Shown: one piece after another, positions 1 through 12,400 of the stretch
Position numbering within the stretch: position 1 is the first letter of the stretch
Layout of the letters: every line of letters starts with the position of its first letter
Source of the DNA: Nemertoderma westbladi
Lineage: Eukaryota; Animalia; Xenacoelomorpha
Length of the DNA stretch: 40,885 nt
NCBI GenBank assembly: GCA_032718475.1
Contig: JAUCBJ010008266.1
Location: 1-40,885, forward strand
Direction: 5' to 3'
Notes under the pieces: generated by a model
Databases searched by the model: none
What the model was told of the DNA's origin: nothing
What the model saw: the letters and a program-made list of their open reading frames with translations, nothing else
Translations under genes and position numbers: made by a program

Positions 1-790
1 CAAACAAACCAACCAAAATACTGGTTAACTGGCCCATACTCAATCAACGCAACATACCTAATCTAATATACCTGTGCATACTTTTATATTGTTATACTGC
101 TATTTACTGTCGGTTCTTCATAATATGGTTGATGAATTATTATATTTGGAATAACGATAAATAACCCCGAAAACCCAATATTCTTGATATACCGAAGGTA
201 AGAGAGAAAGGTTACATATAACGATTGTGACTTATGTTAAAGTGGTTTGAAGTGAATCTAATGTTATCTGATAGACCCTACATGAGTCGGTCTGTGTTCC
301 TGTTATATGTGACTAAAATCAGTGAAGATCGGCAGATTAGTGTGCAGCATTGTGCAGCGTTGTGTATGAGCGAGACTGATAACGAAGCATTTCCTAAAGA
401 ATGCGCCATATATGTGAATTGTAACTAAGCCATATCGTTGTGAGTAGTTTAAGTCATAACTCTGTTTTTATAGATAGAGCGCCACGTCCTAAAGGAACTG
501 TTAATATTCCCCGAAGGTGAATAATATTGTCAGAGATTATATAATACTGTCAGTCGAATAATACATTAGGCTTACATAGCAATAAGATTAAGCCGTCGAA
601 CCCAATCTCCCGGGTATATCCAGCGGGTGAATGATCGCGCACAGATTGGTTTCGACTAGTGTAGTGAATCAAATACTTGTCAGAGGCTAAAAGTGATTTA
701 TTATCTAAAAGACATCCTAATTTGGCGGGTTAAACTGCCAAAGGTCTGAAAGCGAGAACAGGCGTTGAGTAATGTTACAATTTTGGAATA

Positions 791-920
791 AAGTACTTTA
801 CAGTGTTCTAATCCTCGTGGCTTTATTTTCACTCACTCACTAACGTTCGTTCGTGTAACAAAGCCACTCGGATCATCAGACTGTAAAGTGCTACTTTAAA
901 CACAAGTATGTAAATAGTTA
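791..920 (+). mobile_element. Hairpin-structured end of a non-autonomous DNA element (same family as the 16720-16843 end)
   Basis: Nested imperfect inverted repeats (gtactttacagt/actgtaaagtgc; atcctcgtggcttt/aaagccactcggat), followed by ctactttaaacacaagtatgtaaatagtta. That tail nearly matches the one at 16809-16842. Confidence 0.45.
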
Positions 921-1302
921 TTACACATAATTTCCATGGATAAACATATGATTAGCAAAATACATTTTATAGACTTTTTTGGCCATTAACAAACTATTAT
1001 ATAATGTGGTTCGGATTGATTGTGAAATACTATGGGTTTTTTTCTAGATTGACTCGACCACATGTAGAGTACCGAATACAATTTACATAACTTAGTCAGC
1101 CGACATTATACATGTGTGATATTGGTTGGGGGCAGATCTTTATCTTTATTTCACAATTCCAAATAGTTGAAGATAAGCGATGTCCATATACGGGCATAAA
1201 TTATCCTCCTCAATGTGGGAGGAGTGCTAATTATAATATTATTATAATTAACTATAATAATATATCATTATTAATAATAATAACAAAATATAATAAATTA
1301 TT

Positions 1303-1705
1303 ATTGTATTTATTAAATAGAATAAATGACCTACAGCGAACGATACTTCTTGCAATCTTTGAACGCCTATATCTCAGCTGTTTCTCAACGAAATTCAGAT
1401 ATTGTTACATATTTTGAATCCTTGCAACGCAAGCTTTCTAATGATATGAAAAAAATACGACTAATGTGAAGAATGGCCACGATACGGAGGGTGAATTTTG
1501 GCAAAAGACGCTTTTTTAAAACGCTTTTTAAAAATTTTTTAGGGCGAATTCGAAAATTCCGGATTCATGGGGTCAACGACACTGAGTGGAACTACAGTAG
1601 TGGTGTTTCAAAGTTCAAGCAATATGATAAAGATTTGTAGAAAAATCTGGGGGGGGGGGGGTCCGTGTCATCAGAAAATGACACTATATTACGGGACATG
1701 GTGTA
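1303..1705. mobile_element. MITE family A, right arm only (diverged subfamily)
   Basis: Colinear with 3985-4378 and 17385-17849 (tatttattaaatagaataaatg, tatctcagct, G-tract, gacactatatt..ggacat). Ends GGACATGGTG followed by TA. Confidence 0.7.
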
Positions 1706-2086
1706 TAAGATACATAGCGCCATCACACATATCACATAGCGCCATATAAGATACATAGCGCCATCTTCCAACACTTTGGTGAAAAATATCATTTTTGAAA
1801 ATTGTCTTATGTGCTGTTATGTCTCTACGATTACGCACTATATGTTTAATATCTATCTGCAATACCAAAACAAGCAACGCGAGTTAAGTTTATTCAATTT
1901 TATTGTCATTTTAATATAATTTACTTATAATGTTGTAGATAATAGTAATAGATAATATTTATGTTTTATCTATGAAATTTATATGTGGAATCTCATCTAC
2001 TGTAGCTATTTCTCACATTAGAACATAATTAATAACTAACTATATTTGTGATGGTCTTATTCCCTCTACTGACAACTGAACTTCAT

Positions 2087-3211
2087 TCATGTTGGTTCAG
2101 TTCGTACTGGAGAAGGTATGAGTTTGTTAAGTACAGCAGAAAGTAACTCTGTACAATTATCTGTAATAATTACCACTCGTGGACACAATGAGTGGAGGTT
2201 CATCACATCGTCCACAGATACACCACATCCCTCGATGTTGAGTCTACGTAATCGTTTCAGTTTGGATACACCCTTAAGGGCGATGTTAGTGAGGTCAGAG
2301 TGAGGTATATACAAAGTTACCAGGTTGGAACAACATTCTGTTATACTAATAATAGTAACTTCATCTATACAGCTAAGCTGTAATGTTGTTATTTGGGTAA
2401 ACTCAATTCCACTTGAAAAAACTGACCTCAACGTTTCTTTGTAACGATTTCTCATTTCAGTGATTTCCAAAGATGATAACGAAGGGGACAGTTGAGGAAG
2501 CCATTGCAGTAAAATCAAGATGATTTCTTCAGGAAATTCCTTTTGAAATTCGCTGTCAATTTTTATCTCCAACGGTACATGGGGGGATAAGCATTGGAAA
2601 GGGAACATACCCTTGTATGTTTCCATAATGTTAGATAATGTTGGTGTTTGTCTTGGAGCTCTCGAGCTTATTGGGTTTGGCACCTTCTGAGGATGACTAC
2701 TTGATATTTTTATTATATAATTCTTTATGTAATTCCATAATGAATTAATTCTACCGACTAAACTTGATACGTGTCGCGTTACTCTTAAATACGCCGTCGG
2801 TAGAGTTAATTGTCTGCGATATATATAAGAGGTAGAAAAGTAGAAGCCTCGCACCATTTGCTGCCACACAACCGTTGATATTCTACTCATCACAGGTGGA
2901 TTTGTGGTCGATATTATGAGTTTCTGAGTTCGAAGATTCAAGTCTAGTTGATTGTGGGCCAAAAGATAGGCGCGAATAACCTCCTTCCAAGAGTCGAGAC
3001 GAAGTTTAGGTGGCAAACTAGTCTCTAACCATCTGCTTAATATAGTGTCCTCTTGGTAATCTGTCGTTTGATTTCGTAACTTCCTAACTTCAGATTCCAC
3101 TATTACTTCAGCTAATACATGGGGCAGTAGGCTAATACAAAGTTCCCGTAGTGTTAGTGGTAAGTCATATCTTTTCTTCTCGAGTTCTTCTGAATATTTA
3201 TATTCGGACAT
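2087..3211 (-). CDS. Intronless 374-aa protein with an N-terminal BC-box-like motif and C-terminal leucine-rich repeats (candidate cullin-RING substrate receptor)
   Basis: Long ORF in AT-rich DNA. PLTLRELCISLL fits the BC-box pattern and LPPKLR is cullin-box-like. The C-terminus has LRR units: ITTLQLS, CSNLVTLYIPHSDLTNIALKGV, LKRLRRLNIEGCGVS. Confidence 0.7.
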   Translation of the reverse strand: MSEYKYSEELEKKRYDLPLTLRELCISLLPHVLAEVIVESEVRKLRNQTTDYQEDTILSRWLETSLPPKLRLDSWKEVIRAYLLAHNQLDLNLRTQKLIISTTNPPVMSRISTVVWQQMVRGFYFSTSYIYRRQLTLPTAYLRVTRHVSSLVGRINSLWNYIKNYIIKISSSHPQKVPNPISSRAPRQTPTLSNIMETYKGMFPFQCLSPHVPLEIKIDSEFQKEFPEEIILILLQWLPQLSPSLSSLEITEMRNRYKETLRSVFSSGIEFTQITTLQLSCIDEVTIISITECCSNLVTLYIPHSDLTNIALKGVSKLKRLRRLNIEGCGVSVDDVMNLHSLCPRVVIITDNCTELLSAVLNKLIPSPVRTEPT

Positions 3212-3348
3212 AGTGTATTCAATTAATTATTGTAAGATGAGGAAATTACTGAATAAATTTGAAAACATCAAATTAACTCGTTGGAGCTTATAATATAAAT
3301 ATGTAGACTTTGGCCTTTTAATCAAAGGCCACTATTTCCACTCCATTT

Positions 3349-3551
3349 GTCACCTTACCTTCCCATACCCCCTCACACTCCCTCTCATATGTTATCTACT
3401 TTCATGTGTTGGCCTACCATACATACACAATGTCCTGGAATATAGTTAACGACACTATATTCCAGGACATTGTGTATGTATGGTAGGCCAACACGTGAAA
3501 GTAGATAACATATGAGAGGGAGTGTGAGGGGGTATGGGAAGGTAAGGTGAC
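3349..3551. repeat. Near-perfect 98-bp inverted repeat with a 7-nt loop
   Basis: 3349-3446 is the reverse complement of 3454-3551 with one mismatch (catgtg/cacgtg). Loop is taacgac. Confidence 0.95.
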
Positions 3552-4378
3552 CCCCCCCCCCCCCAAAATTTTTTTACAAATCGTAATGAGATCACATGAA
3601 ATTTGAAACAGAGATAGTTTCACCTCCCGACCACTGACTGGGTGAGCCAGAAATTTTATTTTTGCTTTCATTCTTTTGCTACAAGCGTTTGAAAAAGGTG
3701 TCTCCGTCGGTATTGCGCCTGTTACACCGCAGTTATTCTTCAACCTTATAGCGATTTGTGGATATTGAAGGAAAGCTGGCCTTGCAAGGATTCCAAATAT
3801 GTATCACAATCTGTATTTTGTCGTAAAATAGCTGAGATATGAGCGTTCTAAAGTTGCATGCTTTTACACCTGCGCAAGGCTATTTTATTATATTTAATAA
3901 ATACACCATATTCTAGAACTATTATTATAGGCATAGCATTGTTGCCAAGCTACTTATTAGATTAACAAAATGTTCCAGAATATTGTTTAGGCCTATTTAT
4001 TAAATAGAATAAATGGCAAATACATGCAAGATTCGAATACCAATATCTCAGCTAATTCCAAACCAAATTAAAATATTTTTACATATTTGGAATCCTTTTC
4101 AGCTTTCCACTAGTACCAACAAATCACTAAATGTTTGAAGAATAACTGCGGTGTAACTGGGGCAATATCGACGGAGACACCTTTTTTTTAAACGCTTGTA
4201 GCTAAAGAAAGAAAGCAAAAATAAAAATTCTGGCTAACCCAGCAATGAGGAGGGAGGTGAAACCATCTGTTTCAAATTTCATGCAATCTCATTGAGATTT
4301 GTATAATTTTTTTTTTGGGGGGGGGGGGGGGGGGGCGTCCAGGTACTTGAATAACGACACTATATTCCAGGACATTGT
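3426..4378. mobile_element. MITE family A, palindromic foldback element with ~370-bp arms; TA-flanked (Tc1/mariner-like)
   Basis: 3552-3920 is an imperfect reverse complement of 3970-4335 (C-tract versus G-tract). Termini are TA-CACAATGTCCTGGAATATAGT and ACTATATTCCAGGACATTGT-TA. Confidence 0.8.
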
Positions 4379-4495
4379 TACATTCGTGTCTTACAACGCC
4401 ACTCACTATATTCCAGGACATTGTTACATTCGTGTCTTACAACGCCACTCACTATATTCCAGGACATTGTTACATTCGTGTCTTACAACGCCACT
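4358..4495 (+). repeat. 3 x 46-bp perfect tandem repeat spanning the MITE end and its flank
   Basis: Unit cactatattccaggacattgttacattcgtgtcttacaacgccact. Confidence 0.95.
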
Positions 4496-5779
4496 TTTAA
4501 AGTTTTAACATTTTCACCCTCATGGTTTATCCTACGCCTCGACAAAAAACTAAATACACCATTGCATTGTTTAATTTCAAATTTTGAAATATTATTTTCA
4601 TTTTTTTGTTGCGGGGGGGGGGGGGGGGTTGGTGAACAAGTTATGTGGATATGATGGCCGGGAATTAGAAGGCCCGCGAACACCTAGGAGGCCTATCATT
4701 ACCCAGTCCAGCTGCTCGCGGGTGTCTGTGCATATACACTTTCTCCTTTGCAGCTACCCTGCCCTGCCTCCCATCTACACCCTGCCCGGCACGGCATTTA
4801 CTAGTATACAATATCACCCATAATAATATAATATAATTTGTTTATTGATTGGCATAGCTATATTAGCAACTGATACGAATACGGAGAGAATCCCTTGAGA
4901 ACTAGCAGCTCGCCGTTGGCTGCATAGACCTTCACTGCTGCGGCTGCAGAGAGCGCTATAACGCGAAATAACGGCAAAAAGCTAAGTGCAGTTAGCCTAC
5001 ACTGTAAGCTAATTCGAAAACAATACCGATTCAAACTTGACGTCAATCCGAACCTTCTAAACCAATCTGTGCTCAATAAATATACATGGCATGGCCGTTT
5101 TCGGAAAGATTCATTTACAAAGAATTAATTTAACTAATATTCTACGCTATTATTTATCGAATTATACATACATACATTATAATTCAACATTGGCAGATAA
5201 GATAGTTAGTTCTATACATACCAAACCAATAATTCCTGAATCGTTTATTCTGCTAATATATTTAACCAAATTACCACAACAATCCAGACACCCATCCCCT
5301 TATGTTGGTTCTTCGCTAACAGATGATAATTACAGTAGAAGTACCAAGAACAAGAAGAAAGTCCGAATACCTCTTTAGCACCTCTTTCGTCCTGTTTTGT
5401 CTTAAAAATTTTTTTCCTAAACGCAGACTGGCCAGCTTTATAACACTGCTAAGACTCGAAACTGTGCGAGTAAAAATAATCACCCCGCCTATAATGCGGG
5501 TTCGTTACAAGTAAGTCTAATCGTTGGAAATTGAATTTCATTAATTAAGTAATTCAAAATGAGACGGTTTGATATCAAATTAAATTGACCTTTGAATTGA
5601 ATTAACTTTCCAAGGCATTTGTTAGGTCTATAAATAAAAAAGTAAAGTAAAAAAGTTTTTTCGGCTGTTAGACCATAGCCCCCTTCCCCCCCAGAACTAT
5701 ACTCCCTAAAGGTACTCATTCTTGTACTCTCATTTAGCTACCATGTAAGATGCAAGGCAGAGATACGCGAGTAGTGTAC

Positions 5780-5890
5780 CTTTAAAGCATTCGTGCCGAA
5801 ACGAAAACTGTCCTGCGGGATCGATCCCTCGACCTCAGGAGATTTGTGAATTCAAGGCAACGGATTTAACCACTACGCCAAGCGCCAAGG
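5780..5890 (-). mobile_element. tRNA-derived SINE-like head
   Basis: Minus strand reads TGGCGTAGTGGTTAA (A box) ... GGGATCGATCCC (B-box-like) at tRNA-like spacing. There is no intact cloverleaf. Confidence 0.55.
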
Positions 5891-6324
5891 TGGTCATAAT
5901 AACATTAAATTCTTCGGATTAACTATAATTTATTTAATGTTTTTATATTTTTTTCGACATTTAATAAACTTTCACCTACAACCCAATACATCTGAATCTA
6001 ATGATAAATGAATAATATGGTTTGCATAATAAATAAATTGTAATAATCAATTCGAATCGTCTCTAACTAAAATGTACTAGGAATTCCGAACATATAAATT
6101 ATGTAACTGGGAACCAGGGAACATAAAAATAATATCAGTATTCGGTCCAGTTCACAGTTTTAGTTAAGAAAGCGCTCACACAGCGAACTGGCTTAGAGAA
6201 GCTAGATTCTAGGTAACTTAATGAGGCAGTGTGAATGGTTAATGGCGCAAAATGACCGCAAACAGCAATCTTGTGTTTAAAAAATTAATATTTAAAGTTA
6301 ATATAATTTAATTTAAAACACTAA

Positions 6325-6575
6325 GAAGGGAACGGTGTATTGTTAGAGTGGCTGTGTTATCTAACCAAAACAATAAATGTAAAATGCATCCCTGTCCAGA
6401 AGTAAATCGACGCAAATAACAGCTGATTACTATCAAAAATAAAACTGTAACCTGTTATATTGTCTTTTGATTATTGTTTTGGTTAGAATAACATGCCCCT
6501 TTAACCTGTTATATTGTCTTTTGTTTATTGTTTTGGTTAGAATAACATGCCCCTGTAACCTGCTCCTTTCCGTTA
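6325..6575. mobile_element. MITE family B copy with an internal 54-bp tandem duplication
   Basis: Imperfect inverted arms (tctaaccaaaacaataaa / tttattgttttggttaga). 6449-6502 is duplicated. Related right ends occur at 27250-27356, 38285-38335 and 40330-40415. Confidence 0.6.
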
Positions 6576-6807
6576 ATTTATAATTTAACATTGAGGCGGG
6601 ATATTAATTCGCCGAGATGCTTCGAGTTTCCCCCCACCACACCCCTGTCTCTGGAAATCACATTTTTTCACTTGCGGTCAATGAGCGCTAATAAATATCT
6701 GGTGAATAGGAGTTAAGCTAGCAGTTTGAACGGGGCTTTATATACTGTAACACAGATTCATGGGTAACTAAACCGTCATTCAATAATCGAGCACAAAGAA
6801 ATCTTAT

Positions 6808-7746
6808 TCAATAAGCGAATCGCGAGTTTTTGTTGAAGCCGAGTTTCTCTAGATTAGGAATACAAGCGAAGTTCACCATGGGAGGCGGGCCGCACATCAG
6901 CACAATAGAGTCGTCGCCCGGGGAGGGGAGATGATCACGCAACATATCCTCGTTAATAAACCCCGAACTGTAAGCCCAGCCCGCGGTGGGACGGTCCACC
7001 GTGTACCACAGATGGAATCGGGTCGGATGCGCGGCCACCAGGTCCTCCAACTCATCTCGGAGGAGAATGTCCTCCTCGGTCTGGTTCGCGAACAGGAGCC
7101 ACATCTCGGAGGAGTCGGAAGGGCCTCTCTTTATAACATCTCGGATTATCTGTAACATCGGGGTGATCCCAGTTCCCCCGGCGATCAATCCCATTTTGGA
7201 GACGCTACGCTCCACTGGAGGCGACCTCTTATCCGCTTTTATATCAAACTTCCCGCCTCCTTTATAAAGAAGCAACCCAGAAGGTCCTCTAACATCTATA
7301 TAATCTCCTTTAGACATTGATTCCAAGTGTTGACTCATTTTCCCCCCGTTTGGAAACTTGGGGTGAACGTCTTTAAAGTAAACCTTAATGACTAATTCGA
7401 AGTATCCCTTATCGTCATCGCTAGTAACCGGGGTGTAAGGTCGAACTACTATCTCTCCGTTTATGCGGGCGGACAGGTAGATGTGTGCGCCTACAGGGAG
7501 GCCTAGCACGTGCTTCATCGAGGGGAGAGCGAATCGGAATCTGCGGGTATCGTGACTGACTACCTCGCTTTGGATGAGTTTAACCGGGTACTTTACTTGT
7601 GGGTCTTTGAGGAATACTTGTGTGTCTGGGCCGCGAGATTTACGGTACAAGGCGTAGACTACGAGCGCCGCTGCCGCTCCCACCACAACGGGTATCGCGG
7701 TACGTAGAAAGGTTACAGACGTTAAAAAGGAGTCTCTTTCCGCCAT
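6808..7746 (-). CDS. CYB5R3: NADH-cytochrome b5 reductase (CYB5R1/2/3 family), membrane-anchored, intronless
   Basis: N-terminal hydrophobic anchor; FAD motifs RPYTP and GGKMS; NADH motifs [19 protein letters not shown] and MCGPPPM. Full-length 312-aa ORF. The symbol is a family-level assignment. Confidence 0.95.
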   Translation of the reverse strand: MAERDSFLTSVTFLRTAIPVVVGAAAALVVYALYRKSRGPDTQVFLKDPQVKYPVKLIQSEVVSHDTRRFRFALPSMKHVLGLPVGAHIYLSARINGEIVVRPYTPVTSDDDKGYFELVIKVYFKDVHPKFPNGGKMSQHLESMSKGDYIDVRGPSGLLLYKGGGKFDIKADKRSPPVERSVSKMGLIAGGTGITPMLQIIRDVIKRGPSDSSEMWLLFANQTEEDILLRDELEDLVAAHPTRFHLWYTVDRPTAGWAYSSGFINEDMLRDHLPSPGDDSIVLMCGPPPMVNFACIPNLEKLGFNKNSRFAY

Positions 7747-7974
7747 GCTGCTACACCGGTATTCAATTCAAATAATGAATAATACAGAAATAGGTAGACC
7801 TACACCCTGACTCCAGGTACTGAGGTACTATAAACACAGATTACAGGAACAGAAGGGTTGAAACTTGAAACGAACCAAAACCGAAAACAATATACCGGTA
7901 CGGTCCGAATTGGTATGGACACTGGACAGGTTAAGAAAGAAATAATATATGCTAATATAATAATATATATCGTC

Positions 7975-8066
7975 TCTGCTATCCGATGGTAGGAGCGGGC
8001 GCTACCCTATCTGCTACCCGAGGGTAGGGATGGGCGCTACTCCTATCTGCTACCCGAAGGTCGGGG
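7975..8066 (+). repeat. ~2.6 x 35/36-bp GC-rich repeat upstream of the reductase gene
   Basis: tctgcta(c/t)ccga.ggt starts at 7975, 8010 and 8046. The middle unit has a ctacc-cgag-ggtag mini-hairpin. Confidence 0.75.
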
Positions 8067-8094
8067 CAGCATCAAGGCTTTATTCACATATGCT

Positions 8095-8366
8095 TTCCTC
8101 ACTCAGATTTTGTGTTAGGAAATGTGTGGGCTGTGTTTATGCAATAATTTTACTTATACTGTTGAATAATGTATGAATTTATTTTCTTTCATTTACTAGG
8201 ATTAAAAATTATTATTCTACTATCTGTCTGTTCCTCACTCAGATTTTGTGTTAGGAAATGTGTGGGCTGTGTTTATGCAATAATTTTACTTATACTGTTG
8301 AATAATGTATGAATTTATTTTCTTTCATTTACTAGGATTAAAAATTATTATTCTACTATCTGTCTG
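8095..8366 (+). repeat. 2 x ~136-bp direct tandem duplication
   Basis: ttcctcactcagattttgtg...ctactatctgtctg starts at 8095 and 8231. The copies differ by about one T. Confidence 0.95.
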
Positions 8367-9415
8367 TCTGTGTAGGCTAATCTGCTGTAGGGCCTACAGT
8401 ATATTAAATATTATGGTGATCGGGATAATGAGTTAAACCCGCCCATATGTTTATGCTTATATTACTGTATATATATCATGTTATTATTTCGATACATGTT
8501 TACAGTTAGTTATATTTTATTATTTTAGTAAAGATATACTTATATTTTATCCTACACAGTACTACTGTATATACAGGTTTACTGTACTTACGGTAGGCCT
8601 ATTGTGCATAATTTTTGTCACAGACAAATACATACTGTACTTGTGTACATAAATACCGCCTATATGAAGAAACGCAAGATTCACTTCATAAAATGGGTAA
8701 AAACGTTTTATATACTTTATAAAACAGTTTATTAATATAAATGTAGTCCTACAGAACAAACAGTAGGTCTACATACAGTGGTGCACTGTATAATGCCAAC
8801 ACGCCATGTGTTACTGTACTTGTGGTAGGGTACACACAGCGGGGGTGTATAAGCAGGTGCTACTCTCTAACATTAGCCTATTTGAGATAAAGAGTCAATG
8901 CCTATATGTAACATTAGGCTTGTACAGTAGCATTACTTGTGGCCCGCCCATGGCGTTCTATGGGCCGGCTACACAGAATATACAATATTGCAAATATCCG
9001 TGGTTCACAATATTCGTCAGGAAACTAACAGCTGAACAGTGATCGCGTGATCAACCAAACAGATGTCTCTCAGCATCCGAGCATCGGATATGAACTCATC
9101 TCTAACGATACACATCAGTGTTGAGCAACGACGCATAAAGATCACCGGCTTCATCTGGAAACCCGGATGATTCCTATACTGTATGGACATAAATCGTCTG
9201 ACTTCAAAATATTAAAATGTGTCATTAAAACATGTGACATTCTGGCATTCAAATTTGCGAAAACTGTACTTGGAAGAGTTAATCAAATCAAGCACTTCAT
9301 GGACGTGTTCAGTGACTGCAAAATTACATGGAACACCACATTCAATATATCATTTCCAAAACCTCGAAAGTGTTTTCAAGCTTACAATAGACACATATTT
9401 TTTCTACAAATTCTG

Positions 9416-12400
9416 CGAACCCTTTATTATGACCCGAACCCTTTATTATGACCCGAACCCTTTATTATGACCCGAACCCTTTATTATGACCCGAACCTTT
9501 ATTATGACCCGAACCCTTTATTATGACCCGAACCCTTTATTATGACCCGAACCCTTTATTATGACCCGAACCCTTTATTATGACCCGAACCCTTTATTAT
9601 GACCCGAACCCTTTATTATGACCCGAACCCTTTATTATGACCCGAACCCTTTATTATGACCCGAACCCTTTATTATGACCCGAACCCTTTATTATGACCC
9701 GAACCCTTTATTATGACCCGAACCCTTTATTATGACCCGAACCCTTTATTATGACCCGAACCCTTTATTATGACCCGAACCCTTTATTATGACCCGAACC
9801 CTTTATTATGACCCGAACCCTTTATTATGACCCGAACCCTTTATTATGACCCGAACCCTTTATTATGACCCGAACCCTTTATTATGACCCGAACCCTTTA
9901 TTATGACCCGAACCCTTTATTATGACCCGAACCCTTTATTATGACCCGAACCCTTTATTATGACCCGAACCCTTTATTATGACCCGAACCCTTTATTATG
10001 ACCCGAACCCTTTATTATGACCCGAACCCTTTATTATGACCCGAACCCTTTATTATGACCCGAACCCTTTATTATGACCCGAACCCTTTATTATGACCCG
10101 AACCCTTTATTATGACCCGAACCCTTTATTATGACCCGAACCCTTTATTATGACCCGAACCCTTTATTATGACCCGAACCCTTTATTATGACCCGAACCC
10201 TTTATTATGACCCGAACCCTTTATTATGACCCGAACCCTTTATTATGACCCGAACCCTTTATTATGACCCGAACCCTTTATTATGACCCGAACCCTTTAT
10301 TATGACCCGAACCCTTTATTATGACCCGAACCCTTTATTATGACCCGAACCCTTTATTATGACCCGAACCCTTTATTATGACCCGAACCCTTTATTATGA
10401 CCCGAACCCTTTATTATGACCCGAACCCTTTATTATGACCCGAACCCTTTATTATGACCCGAACCCTTTATTATGACCCGAACCCTTTATTATGACCCGA
10501 ACCCTTTATTATGACCCGAACCCTTTATTATGACCCGAACCCTTTATGTATGACCCGAACCCTTTAATATGACCCGAATCCTTTATTATGACCCGAATCC
10601 TTTATTATGACCCGAACCCTTTATTATGACCCGAACCCTTTAATATGACCCGAACCCTTTATTATGACCCGAACCCTTTATTATGACCCGAACCCTTTAT
10701 TATGACCCGAACCCTTTAATATGACCCGAACCCTTTATTATGACCCGAACTCTTTATTATGACCCGAACTCTTTATTATGACCCGAACCCTTTATTATGA
10801 CCCGAACCCTTTATTATGACCCGAACCCTTTATGTATGACCCGAACCCTTTAATATGACCCGAATCCTTTATTATGACCCGAATCCTTTATTATGACCCG
10901 AACCCTTTATTATGACCCGAACCCTTTATTATGACCCGAACCCTTTATTATGACCCGAACCCTTTATTATGACCCGAACCCTTTATTATGACCCGAACCC
11001 TTTATTATGACCCGAACCCTTTATGTATGACCCGAACCCTTTAATATGACCCGAACCCTTTACTATGACCCGAACCCTTTATTATGACCCGAACCCTTTA
11101 TTATGACCCGAACCCTTTATTATGACCCGAACCCTTTATTATGACCCGAACCCTTTATTACGACCCGAACCCTTTATTATGACCCGAACCCTTTATTACG
11201 ACCCGAACCCTTTATTATGACCCGAACCCTTTATTATGACCCGAACCCTTTATTATGACCCGAACCCTTTATTATGACCCGAACCCTTTATTATGACCCG
11301 AACCCTTTATTATGACCCGAACCCTTTATTATGACCCGAACCCTTTATTATGACCCGAACCCTTTATTATAACCCGAACCCTTTATTATGACCCGAACCC
11401 TTTATTATGACCCGAACCCTTTATTATGACCCGAACCCTTTATTATGACCCGAACCCTTTATTATGACCCGAACCCTTTATTATGACCCGAACCCTTTAT
11501 TATGACCCGAACTCTTTATTATGACCCGAACCCTTTATTATGACCCGAACTCTTTATTATGACCCGAACCCTTTATTATGACCCGAACCCTTTATTATGA
11601 CCCGAACCCTTTATTATGACCCGAATCCTTTATTATGACCCGAACCCTTTATTATGACCCGAACCCTTTATTATGACCCGAACCCTTTATTATGACCCGA
11701 ACCCTTTATTATGACCCGAACCCTTTATTATGACCCGAACCCTTTATTATGACCCGAACCCTTTATTATGACCCGAACCCTTTATTATGACCCGAACCCT
11801 TTACTATGACCCGAACCCTTTATTATGACCCGAACCCTTTATTATGACCCGAACCCTTTATTATGACCCGAACCCTTTATTATGACCCGAACCCTTTATT
11901 ATGACCCGAACCCTTTATTATGACCCGAACCCTTTATTATGACCCGAACTCTTTATTATGACCCGAACTCTTTATTATGACCCGAACCCTTTATTATGAC
12001 CCGAACCCTTTATTATGACCCGAACCCTTTATGTATGACCCGAACCCTTTAATATGACCCGAATCCTTTATTATGACCCGAATCCTTTATTATGACCCGA
12101 ACCCTTTATTATGACCCGAACCCTTTAATATGACCCGAACCCTTTATTATGACCCGAACCCTTTATTATGACCCGAACCCTTTATTATGACCCGAACCCT
12201 TTATTATGACCCGAACCCTTTATTATGACCCGAACCCTTTATTATGACCCGAACCCTTTATGTATGACCCGAACCCTTTAATATGACCCGAATCCTTTAT
12301 TATGACCCGAATCCTTTATTATGACCCGAACCCTTTATTATGACCCGAACCCTTTAATATGACCCGAACCCTTTATTATGACCCGAACCCTTTATTATGA

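Noticed and set aside
1112-1877. Short ORFs over AT-rich and MITE sequence (also 3414-5719 and 15461-16075)
   Set aside because: They are low-complexity or repeat-derived, with no domain signal.
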